Source: Octopus sinensis
Lineage: Eukaryota
Assembly (NCBI RefSeq): GCF_006345805.1
Contig: NC_042999.1
Location: 42,408,001 to 42,472,000, forward strand
DNA length: 64,000 nt
Reading direction: 5' to 3'
The position numbers were made by a program, and so were the translations under genes. Under the pieces are notes generated by a model that was not told the origin of the DNA, searched no databases, and worked only from the letters and a program-made list of their open reading frames with translations. Below are positions 53,417-64,000 of the stretch, in pieces. Every line of letters starts with the position of its first letter. Within the stretch, counting starts at the first letter, position 1.

Positions 53417-53928
53417 AAAATGGTGGTATGTTGTCAACTTAATGTGACAGCCCCATGAAAGGGAATAATACTACTGCTATTTAGCCCTAGGAAGCATCGT
53501 TTCCTGTTGACCTTGACACATTTCCTGTGTCCTTATGTTTACAAAGGGAGAGATAAGCACCTCCACCCAGTAAAGCCAACATCCGGAGACTACTGTACAA
53601 ATCTCTCTCAGAGATTTAGAAATGTGTTATTTCTATTTTTGAAATCAGTGAATGTATTTCACTTGAATTATTATATGTTTACAGAGGCAGATAGGCATCA
53701 ACAGCTAGCAAGCCATGCTACTCCAGACTGATGATGAGCAATGACTCAGAAACTAGTCTCTGGATGCTGGCTTTGCTGGATGGAGGTGCTTATTTCGCCT
53801 TTATAAACATAAGGGCACGGGAAATGTGTTAAGGCCGACTGGAAGTGGTGCTTCCTAGGGCTAAATAGCAGCAGTATTCTTCCCTTTCATGGGACTGCCA
53901 CATTAAGTTGACAACATGTCACCACTTT
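53417..53928. repeat. Fold-back element (~175-bp arms, ~160-bp spacer)
   Basis: 53417-53593 is the reverse complement of 53753-53928. Confidence 0.88.
53722..53764 (+). ncRNA. Canonical minimal type-I hammerhead ribozyme
   Basis: TCCAGA CTGATGA TGAG CAATGA CTCA GAAA CTAG TC / TCTGGA: 6-bp stem I, 4-bp stem II, palindromic stem III ACTAGT, GUC triplet. Confidence 0.8.
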
Positions 53929-54513
53929 AAATATATATATATATATATACTAGCAGCTAAGCCCAGTTTCACCTGATCTGTTTGGATGATGTGGCTGTAA
54001 AACATGCTCTGTGTAAGCAGTCAACCTGTTTGGACATGCTTACATAAAAAACAATTTTTATAACTTTTTTCTGTCAAAAGCCTAAAAATAACTGACCAAC
54101 AAAAAAAACCTAAGATTCAACCAAATCAAAAAATAAACCGGAATACTAAGCAAACAAAGATGAACCATCCCACTTCCATTGCATGCGCACATGTGCACAC
54201 ACACACATGCATTTACTACCCCCTTTTTACATACACACACATATATTCACACAGAGTTGAAAAGCTGCTTGATTTATTTTTCAGCATACAATTTTCATCA
54301 TCCCACTACCAAGTATGACATCACCCCTTCCTTTCTCATTCATAAATACAAGAGTATTATTATAGTAGATTATCTCGGTAACCATGGGAGCTAGGAAAAA
54401 ATACAAAGACCAGCATCACCACGCGTGTGTTATTTTTCACGCAATTCCACCAAGCTGTTTGACCATGAATCCCAAAACAAGAAAGAATCGCCCATGTCAA
54501 ATTTATACATGCA

Positions 54514-54545
<32 letters not shown>

Positions 54546-55494
54546 CTACTAATATAGGATGAAGTTTTTTTTACAGAAAAAAATTCCATCAAAAAATGTG
54601 GCAGCATATTAAAATACCTTTATGGTTAAAATTACAAATGACTTATATATAAGGGCTAAAGAAAATTATTTCAATGCCAATATGCTGATAACAGACATTT
54701 AAGTCGTCAATTTCCACATATTATTTACTCGCTACAGAAAAAAACACGAAGAACTGAAATCAGGGAAGCCGGCTGATAGAATTTTTTTAAAAGTTCGTAC
54801 ATGCATTATATATATATATATATATATTAATAAATGAAATAAAACATATGCATATATATAAACATATATGTACGTACCTACCTCTACATGTATATATACA
54901 CGCATATATGAGTACAGGACACCAAAGGGATGTCGAACACAAAGAGAAATGAAAACATAGACACAAACCAAAGGAACTAGACATTTTTTTTAAAACAACA
55001 AAAAAATGGAGTACAGGACAATTAACACAAAGAAAAAACCCCTTCTTCAGTCGCTATGGTTTCATCTACTCTACGTTTCGAAGGATAAAAGCGAGTAACG
55101 ACAGTACAAAAATATAAACAGTAAAAGACAGGACAGGGAAAAACAAGATAAGAAGGGCTGTTGACGCCGAACAAAAAAAAGTATTGCAAACGCAGAATTT
55201 TTTGTGAACGACAGGGGAGCAGGAAGAATGTCGTCCGTTACCTTGAAAGGCCAGGCCAGAAAGACAGTCAGAGCGGAAGTATCGTCGCGGGTGGACGACG
55301 GGAAGGGGGGAGGAGGAGCAAGAGGAAGGGAGAGAAGAAGGGGAATGGCTGCGAGGAAACCATGAAGAATGGTGAGGGGGAGAGAGAGAGTGAAGAATGA
55401 GAGAGAGAGGAAGAGACAAGTTAAGTAGAGGAAAAAGAAAATCAAAGAATAGGGATGGGACAGAAAGGCGAAGAGTGCGCATCAGAGTTATATA

Positions 55495-56170
55495 TACGAC
55501 GGGCTTCTTTCGGTTTCCATCTAGGATTTCTTTCAGTCAGTTTTCACCTACCAAATTCACTCACAAGGCTTTGGTTGGCCTGAAGCTATAGTAGAAAACA
55601 CTTGTTTAAGACACCACACAGTGAATCCAGAATCATGTAGTTGCAAAGCAAGCTTCTTACCACACAGCCAGAAAAAATTTAAAACTAACTGTTTATAAAC
55701 TTTTATTGTTAGAAAAGTGTTTAGAGAAAAATCTGCATAGGCACAGGAGTGGCTGTGTGGCAAGTAGCTTGCTTATCAACCATATGGTACTGGGTTCAGT
55801 CCCAATGCGTGGCACCTTGGGCAAGTGTCTTCTACTATAGCCTTGGGCCAGCCAAAGCCTTGTGAGTGGATTTGGTAGACGGAAACTGAAAGAAGCCCAT
55901 CGTATATATATATATATTATATATATATATATATATATACACATACATGTATGTGTGTGTGTGTGTTTGTGTGTCTGTGTTTGTTCCCCAACATCGCTTG
56001 GCAACCGATGCTGGTGTGTTTACGTCCCTGTAACTTAGCAGTTCGGCAAAAGACTGATAGAATAAATACTAGGCCTACAAAGAATAAGTCCTGAGGTCGA
56101 TTTCTTCGACTAAAGGCAGTGCTCCAGCATGGCCACAGTCAAATGACTGAAACAAGTAAAAGAGTAAGAG
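55495..56170. mobile_element. Head-to-head SINE A pair (55495-55670 -, 55741-56170 +)
   Basis: Homology to other copies. Confidence 0.8.
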
Positions 56171-56402
56171 TAATATGGGCTGTTAAAGGTAGAGATATCG
56201 AACCTTCTGGCAAAGAGTGGATTCTGTATGAGTTAAATTTCTAAGGAAATTTTTCAAATAAATAATATGATAAATATAGAAGTTATATGGATAATAACAT
56301 AATTTAATGTAGCACATAAGTAATACAAGTGCATAAAACTATGACACAGGTGTAGAAAAATGTAGAATATATTTGACATCATTCACAGCCCAAAATGTGT
56401 TT

Positions 56403-56482
56403 TCACAGGCGTCTAAGAGGAGAATTTGGTTTTGTAACCATTTCCACAGTAGATGGTCTTTCACATCTGAATGTACTAAAAC
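56403..56482 (-). CDS. Putative terminal coding exon of unidentified gene ((G)FSTFRCERPSTVEMVTKPNSPLRRL*)
   Basis: tttaacAG|GT acceptor, phase 1, TGA at 56405-56403; phase matches upstream exons. Confidence 0.55.
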
Positions 56483-56999
56483 CTGTTAAATATGATTTTA
56501 AGTGAATACATTTTATTCATTGCTGTTTCATGAGATTTTATTTATGAATGAATGACATTCATTCATTCATAAATAAAATATAGTTTATAGTAATTTTTTT
56601 TCAAATTTTATATGAGTCGCACAACATATTTCCTCTTCCTTCTTAATTATCCAGTAAAATAGTTTACTGTTTTTGTGAGGTGAAGTAATCATTCACTGAA
56701 TAATGAAAGCAGAGAATAAAAGTTCAATTTTAGTTGGAATTAATTCTGTACAGAAACATCAATATAGAATATTTAATTTTAACTAAATGTGAACCTTCAC
56801 CCTGTACTTCACACCAAAGATTGGTGAAAGAAAAACATTCTTTTTCATAAATACAGTAGAGATTGCTAAACTTAAGCAGGAGCCAAAGTTTCACCCTTTA
56901 CATTACATTGAAGAATACATAATTACTTCAACCACAGTCTCAAATAATAATCTATTCCACTAGAAGAAAATAGTCTTATCTAGATAAAAGGCTCAAATC

Positions 57000-57258
57000 A
57001 TCATCATCATCATTGTTCGACCATGGTCGAGACAATGGAATTTACCATGCTACACCAGACTTCACGGTCCATCATGGCATTACGGAGGTCCTGTTGCTGG
57101 ATGCCTGTATCCCTGGAGTTTACATCAGGGTAGGAGAGTGTGCGCCCTCTGGTATTGCGAGTAGATGGCTTCCAGAGGAGAAGAGTAGAAATTATCTCTT
57201 TTTCAGCTCTACAACAATGTCCAGCAAACTGAACTCTCTTACCTTTCACAAGGCTCAA
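57000..57258 (-). mobile_element. RTE 3' fragment (same family as 24300-24878)
   Basis: Near-identical sequence, (GAT)n tail. Confidence 0.85.
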
Positions 57259-57269
57259 ATAATTGAGCC

Positions 57270-57800
57270 ACTATGGCCTTAAACCCACATCTGTCCTGTG
57301 CTAGTCTGCACAGTTCTATAAAACTTTCACTACTAGCTTATTTGATGTTATCACTAAATCTAGTTTTAGTCTTCCTCTTTTTTACCATATGCCACACTTG
57401 TTAACAGGGACCTGTCAAGGTCTTGTCTTTTAAATACATGGCTGGTGAAGGTTCATTTTTTTTCATGATACTATTTAACAGACTTTCCTGACACTTTATC
57501 TTACAAAGGACCCACTCATTAGTACTTTTATCTGCCCAGCTTATTTTGAGAATACATCTAAAACACCATTGTTCAAATGCTTCAATTTTTCTTTTATTAA
57601 TTTTCTTTGTAATCTAGAATTCAGCTCCACTGGAGGATTTGCTAAATATCAATGAATTTAGGAGTCATTTTCCTGCTCCACAAGGAGATGGCCTTGTCCT
57701 TCCAGATGATGATCAGTGATATCATGGCATTCTTGGCTGTGCTGAGTTTTCTCTTGATTTCACAGATGTCATTGTAACCATTGGTAGTAAAAGGTACCGA
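57270..57800 (-). mobile_element. Ancient RTE remnant
   Basis: EIKRKLSTAKNAMISLIIIWKDKAIS. Confidence 0.5.
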
Positions 57801-57842
57801 GGTACCCAAATTCTTTTACATTTTCAATATATATATACATAG

Positions 57843-58230
57843 TGGAGGCGCAATGGCCCAGTGGTTAGGGCAGCGGACTCGAGGTCCTACGATCGCGGTT
57901 TCGATTCCCAGACCAGGCGTTGTGAGTGTTTATTGAGCGAAAACACCTAAAAGCTCCACGAGGCTCCGGCAGGGGATGGTGGTGATCCCTGCTGTACTCT
58001 TTCACCACAACTTTCTCTCGCTCTTTCTTCCTGTTTCTCTTGTACCTGTATTTCAAAGGGCCGGCCTTGTCACTCTCTGTGTGACGCTGAATATCCCCGA
58101 GAACTACGTTAAGGGTGCACGTGTCTGTGGAGTGCTCAGCCACTTACACGTTAATTCCACGAGCAGGCTGTTCCGTTGATTCGGATCAACCAGAACCCTC
58201 ATCGTCGTAACCGACAGAGTGCTTCCATCC
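57843..58230 (+). mobile_element. SINE family B, full length
   Basis: ggaggcgcaatggcccagtggttagggcagcggactcg...gtaaccgacagagtgcttcca. Confidence 0.88.
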
Positions 58231-58392
58231 ATATATATACATATATATATATATGAAGACAGTACAAAAAGGGAAACGATACATCATATGAATGATACAA
58301 AATAAAATACTATGATAATGACAGAAAAAAAAAACCCTTTTCTAAATCAGAATTTAAATGTGTACCCTTGTTTCTTTCTCTAAACAGCCTAC

Positions 58393-58440
58393 CTATGTTG
58401 TTCAGAAATGGGACCTTGCTATTTGTTAGATCAATTGATT
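58393..58440 (-). CDS. Putative 48-nt phase 1-1 exon ((E)SIDLTNSKVPFLNNI)
   Basis: Donor ATAG|GTAGGC; weak acceptor tgtacggtAG|; frame-compatible. Confidence 0.4.
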
Positions 58441-58983
58441 CTACCGTACAATAAGCTTTAATCTAAACTTCATTAGTTTTGATATGTAGCAATTATAAAA
58501 TTCAGATTTACTGGCTACACCGACAGAATTAATATTTTCAGGCACAGGCATGGCTATGTAGTTAAGAAGATTGTTTTCCAATCCCATGGTTTGGGGTTCA
58601 GCTTCACACCCTGGACAAGTGTCTTTTATTGTAGCCTTGGGATGACCAAAACCTTGTGAGTAGACTTGGTAGACTGAGACTGAAAGAAGTCTATCATAAA
58701 AGTATGTATGTATATACATGTGTGTGTGTGTGTGTGTGTGTGAGCACGCATGTGTGTGAGCATGTGTGTGTGTGTGTGTGAGTGTGCGCATGCTTGTCTC
58801 TCCTCTTCTGACCATGGCATGAGAGTTGTAAATGAGGATTGGCAACAAGTGCATCAGGCCGTAGAAAATCTGCCTTAATAAACTTCATTTGAACTGAATC
58901 ATTCAAGCATGGAAAGCAAACATAAAAAACGGATGATGATAGTGGTGAGGCAGTGACATATCAACAACATCAGCAGTATTTAC

Positions 58984-59019
58984 CTTCATAGATTGTATGA
59001 ACAGTGTCAACACCATAGA
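58984..59019 (-). CDS. Putative 36-nt phase 1-1 exon ((I)YGVDTVHTIYE)
   Basis: Acceptor tttctaacacAG| with upstream pyrimidine tract; strong donor GAAG|GTAAAT. Confidence 0.55.
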
Positions 59020-59159
59020 CTGTGTTAGAAATCTTAGAAATCTCAATATTGTCAATGAAGTGAAAAAGAAAATAAGAACATTAACCCTTTTAGTATTCAG
59101 TTTATTCTGTCAAATGTAATGTTCATGTATTCACATTTTTTTAGATTTGGAAATATGCT

Positions 59160-59782
59160 GTGCTTGAGAAGACCCAGCAAGCCAAATGAGACCATAACCT
59201 CGTGGCCTATGCCACGAGCGTAATCAGCCCACTTATGTGTACCTTTTCCTTCTTTGGAGACTAAACTCTGCTTACGAAGACCTGTTGAGGCAAGTGAAAT
59301 CAAAATTAAAATCAAAATCAAATTCGATGACTGGCATCCATGCTAGCGGGGTGCAAAGAGCACCATACGAGTGTGATTGTTGACAGAGCAGCTAACTGGC
59401 TTCCGTGCCAGTGGCACATAAAAGGCAGCATTCGAGTGTGATCACTACCAGCATTGCCTTACTGGCACATGTGCCTGTGCTAGTAGGGTGCTAAGAGCAC
59501 CATCCGAGCGTGATCGTTACCAGCGTCGCCTTACTGGCACCTGTGCCAGTGACATGTGTAAAAAGATTTGAGCGAGGTCGTTGCCAGTGCCGCCTGACTG
59601 GACCCCGTGCCGGTGGCACGTAAAAAGCACCCACTACACTCTCGGAGTGGTTGGCATTAGGAAGGGCATCCAGCTGTAGAAACTCTGCCAGATCAGACTA
59701 GAGCCTGGTGCAGCCATCTGGTTCGCCAGCCCTCAGTCAAAATCGTCCAACACATGCTAGCATGGAAAGCGGACGTTAAACG
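59160..59782 (+). mobile_element. RTE 3' UTR copy with several internal modules
   Basis: Homology to 8870-9460. Confidence 0.85.
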
Positions 59783-59955
59783 TATCATCAAGCAGCTTTG
59801 AAATTTCAATGATGTGATTGTATATTTTTAGGATGACATTGTTAGGTAGATTAGAACTATTAGAACTGGCTGGTTCAAACATAAAACAAATAGAATATTT
59901 GGGTTGAATATGGCCAGTTTAAATGCTAAAAGGTTAATAATTGTTAAGTACTTAC

Positions 59956-60047
59956 TTTGTAACAAATTTCTTCTAGCTTGAACAAAGGCTTTAATATCAG
60001 AATCAACTTGTGCATCTCCAGTCAGTGGAATGTCTCCATGTTTTAAC
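59956..60047 (-). CDS. Coding exon of unidentified gene ((R)LKHGDIPLTGDAQVDSDIKAFVQARRNLLQ)
   Basis: Acceptor ttcccatttctgtgtctAG|G, consensus donor AAA|GTAAGT, 92 nt, phase 2 to 1, protein-like composition. Confidence 0.8.
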
Positions 60048-60319
60048 CTAGACACAGAAATGGGAAATATGTAGTCATGAGATTGTTTATTGCAGAGACA
60101 CAGGGGTTGAAATACCCAGAGGTTCAATTACTTGTATTTAGGGCCAAAATTTGGAAGTGGAAAATGGCCCTGACTTCATGGTAGTCAACTTTGTCTGTTT
60201 GCTTACAATCTACATAGAAAGAAAATAAATCACAATCACAATAAATGCTAGACTAGGTGAAGCCAGCTTCTTCATTGGGATAAAATTAAAAGCTTTTATA
60301 TCGTTAAAACAATTTCTTT

Positions 60320-60728
60320 TATTCTTTTATTTTGTTTCAGTCATATGACTGCAGCCATGCTGGAGCACCACCTTTAGTCAAGCAAATCGACCCCAGGACT
60401 TATTCTTTGTAAGCCTGGTACTGATTCTATCGGTCTCTCTTGCCGAATCGCTAAGTGACGGGGACGTAAACGCACCAGCATCGGTTGTCAAGTGATGTTG
60501 GGGGGGACAAACACAGACACACAAACATACACACACACACACACACACACGCACATATATTTGCTCGATGGGCTTCTTTCAGTTTCCATCTACCAAATCC
60601 ACTCACAAGTCTTTGGTCAGCCTGAGGCTATAGAAGAAGACACTTGCCCAAGGTGTCATGCAGCAGGACTGAACCCAGAACCATGTGGTTGGTAAGTAAC
60701 CTACTTACCACACAGCCACTCCTGCACC
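60320..60728 (-). mobile_element. SINE family A (intronic)
   Basis: Full structure. Confidence 0.85.
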
Positions 60729-61646
60729 TACATATAACGTTTTTGCAATTAGCATCATGACAGTTGCTCTTCGCCCTTTTAAGGTAGCAAACGACTTTAG
60801 AGCATATATATAGTTAGATGTTCCCTCCTCTATAAATTCATGGTGTTATGAAACCAGTTAGCTGTAGTAGTGATAGAAAAGGCAGAGAGATGAGGTTTCA
60901 TATCTGTGGAGTATGTTGGTAAACAACTTCATGCTGATTAGTTAGGTGACCTTGTGTTTGGATATCCTCAACAATATCTATATTGTAATGCTATATTTAT
61001 TTCTATATATCTCAGACAACTTTTATGTCTCCAACTGTTACTTGTGGTAGACATATTCAGTTCAGTTGGAGACTTATCTTTCAACTGCCGGCATCCTCCG
61101 TATTATGGAAGCATCACATTCCTGGAATCTTGCCATAACAAGGAACTTCATAGCACAAAACATATTTTCTCATTGACTTCCGTATTCATTGATATGAAAT
61201 TGTATGGTAAAATAGGTTTCATGTCATGAAATTTCACATTTTAATAGGATTTTTCAGGATGCAACACTTTTCATAATGAGGGTGAAGCTTGTACTTTATA
61301 ATATAAAACCCCAAAAGAGCCTCTTGGCATAGCTGCAGGTATTTAAATGTCATTTATCTTAAATTTATTGGTATTAGAATTGACAGCTGGAAGTTTTATA
61401 AAGATTTGTTATGAATCAAAAATGCAAATTTACAAAGAAAAATGTGTGTAAACTTTAAAGTCAATCAAACCTGGATTATATTATTATTATTTTTTTTATT
61501 TTTGTTTCTCATTTTCAAAATTGTTCTGGAAAAAGATCTGAACATTAAAATACAGCTATAAAGCATCGGAGTTAAGGGGTTTTTATCCACAGAAATATTT
61601 CCAATACCAATGAGTAAAATATAAAGTGGATGTGTTTGATTGTTCA

Positions 61647-62010
61647 GGCATAGGCACAGTGGTGTGGGAAGAAGTTTGTTTCCCAGTCATATGGTTCTGG
61701 GTTCAGTTCCATTGCCAGGCACCTTGGGCAAGTGTTTTCCCCAATAGCCTCAGAACAATCAAAGCCCTGTGAGAAGATTTGGTAGACAGAAACTGAAAGT
61801 AGCCTGTCATAATTGTATGTGTGCATGTGTGTGTGCATGTATGCATGCACGTGTGTGTGTATGTATGCATGCACGTGTGTGTGTGTGTGTGTGTGTATTT
61901 TGTCTTTGTCTTTGAGTTTGTCCCCACCCCATCCCACTTGTCAAATGGCGCTGGTGTGCTTACATCCCCATAGTTTAGCAGTTCAGCAAAAGAGACTGGT
62001 AGAATAAGAA
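61647..62010 (+). mobile_element. SINE family A (intronic, diverged)
   Basis: Homology to other copies. Confidence 0.75.
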
Positions 62011-62904
62011 CCAGGCTAACAGAACATCCACATTTAAGCAGGGATAAATATCATTTCTTGGTACTAATACTGTCTCTGTTGCTAATATATATTTTTTAAC
62101 AAGCTCACTGGCTAATCGCAACACCAATGCCTGTTCTGGCACTATTTTTCAATATATCTCTGGTGGGGAGATGAGTTGTGGCTATCTCTAATGGGTGAGT
62201 GTCCATCATTGATGAGAACAAGGAAGGTTGAAATCACGTGATCTGGTAGTCTCAACACTGGAGACGGTGGAGAGTTATCTACCCGTTAATCATAATATAA
62301 ATTTCAGTGATATTTCTCTGTCCATTACGTTTTTATGTTTATTAACTCCTCTTAGACTGTTGGTGCAAGGACAACGAAACTCACACCAGCAACTCCCCTA
62401 ATCCCTGTTAATATCCTATGGGAGTCTATTTTTTAAGGGTTGCCAAACTGGGGTCCCACTGATCCCCCCCTATTTTTACATGAATTTTAAACTAAATACA
62501 TGGCATTGGCAACCAAATTGGAGCAATGACAATGAATTTCATACCAGGAAGTCCCAGGGAGCATCATAAGGAGGTCCAATTTCTGAAGGGCCGCTTAAAT
62601 GGGGCCCCCACTGACTCCCCTATTTTTACTGCATTTACCTCGCTCCTACGCTTACTGATTAAACTATGATCAGCATCAGTGTTTAGCACATTTGCAGAAT
62701 TAAGTTTCATTACTCAATGGTAGAGGGCCATGAAGCAGCCCAATAGTGGGGCCAAAGACCTCAAAGGTGCCCTCAGCAGGAGCTAACCTGAATGCCACCC
62801 AAAGGGCGGCTTCAAGCTAATGATAGAAAGAAGGGTGCATTTTTGTACTCTTGTTTACGGTATCTCATGGTATCTACTGTTCTAACAGAACATCTACTTT
62901 GAAG

Positions 62905-63348
62905 TAATCAAACCAAATCAAAATCGATGAACATCAATGGAATTTGTATCTTTGTGGTACCAGTGCCGGTGGCACATAAGAAAACCATCCGAACGTGGCC
63001 ATAGCCAGTACCGCATCGACTGGCCTCCGTGCTGTGGGCACGTAACAAACACCATCCGATCGTGGCTGTTCGCCAGCCTCGTCTGGCACCTGTGTCGGTG
63101 GCACATAAAAAACACCATCCGAGCGTGGCCATTTGCCAGCCTCATCTGGCACCTGTGACGGTGGCACACAAAATCACCCACTACACTCTCGGAGTGGTTG
63201 GCGTTAGGAAGGGCATCCAGCTGTAGAAACACTGCCAGATCTGACTGGTCTGGTGCAGCTTTCGGGCTTCTCAGACCCCAGTTGAACCGTCCAACCCATG
63301 CTAGCATGGAAAGCGGATGTTAAACGATGATGATGATGATGATGATGA
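62905..63348 (+). mobile_element. RTE 3' UTR copy
   Basis: Homology to other copies; (GAT)n tail. Confidence 0.85.
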
Positions 63349-63423
63349 TTACCTCTTGGTATAGATACTATATCTGTCATCAATATATATATTTTTTTTA
63401 AATAATTAAATATTTGACTTTAC

Positions 63424-63707
63424 CTTTGGTAACTGACAGGAGCAGAACTCAGTCTAGCAACGGGAACAGGTTGTTGTCCAGTTGGATATGGAGTGGAATG
63501 TGTGGTCAAGGCAGTGGAACTTAGTCTTCTTGGAAGATCTTTAGCTGGGGGATCATTACTGTTTGTGGATTGCATTGATAAAAGTGAAGACGACCGTAAC
63601 AATGTTGAACTTGCTTGCCCAGGAGACACTGAGTTGTAATAATGCTGAGTCTGTTGCTCTTGCTGTTGTTGTAGCTGTTCTTGTTGCTGCTGCAGATGTT
63701 CCTGCTG
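63424..63707 (-). CDS. Coding exon, polyQ then Ser/Thr/Pro-rich (QQEHLQQQQ...SSAPVSYQ(R))
   Basis: T-rich tract then aacAG|CAGCAG acceptor; donor AAG|GTAAAG; 284 nt, phase 0 to 2, matching the next exon. Confidence 0.75.
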
Positions 63708-63829
63708 CTGTTGGCATAAAATAAAATTAAAATGTAAAATTGTAATTGCGTGTGTGTGTGTGTGTGTGTGTGCACGCATGCATGTGTACTTGCACATATG
63801 TGTGTGCAAACATGTGTGCATGTGTGCAA

Positions 63830-64000
63830 AAGCACCTGGCCAAGGGGTTACAGTGTTGGGCTCATGATCTTATGGTCATTAGGTCAATTCTTGGGCCAAG
63901 TGGTGTGTTGTGCCCTCAAGCAAAGCACTTCATTTCCCACTGCTAAAGTTTACTCAGCTGGAATGCAGACCAATCAAGTAATGGTGTAGCCTTCTCTTTC
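63830..64000 (+). mobile_element. Degenerate SINE C-type head
   Basis: ...gtgttgtgccctcaagcaaagcacttcatttcccac...tactcagctg. Confidence 0.5.

Noticed and set aside
57843-57915. tRNA gene
   Set aside because: tRNA-like head continues into a SINE body shared with other copies; acceptor stem is not intact

Overview
AT-rich, microsatellite-dense animal genomic DNA. It is most likely octopus/cephalopod, an inference from the SINE/LINE families as I recall them; no database search was run. Most of the window is interspersed repeat: decayed CR1/L2-group, RTE and R4/Dong LINEs, several tRNA-derived SINE families, Tc1/mariner remnants, non-autonomous Helitron/MITE pieces, and long (TA)n, (TACA)n and (GAT)n arrays. 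Nearly all short ORFs in the supplied track are repeat artefacts. The only well-supported host coding signal is the 3' end of an unidentified minus-strand gene, with five phase-compatible GT-AG exons from 63707 down to a stop at 56403. The most notable signal is a set of unrelated fold-back or tandem elements carrying minimal type-I hammerhead ribozyme motifs. Five have intact cores (2900, 31659, 33735, 38884, 53722) and several more are degenerate, resembling Penelope-like pLTRs or retrozymes. All coordinates were read by hand; repeat boundaries are approximate.
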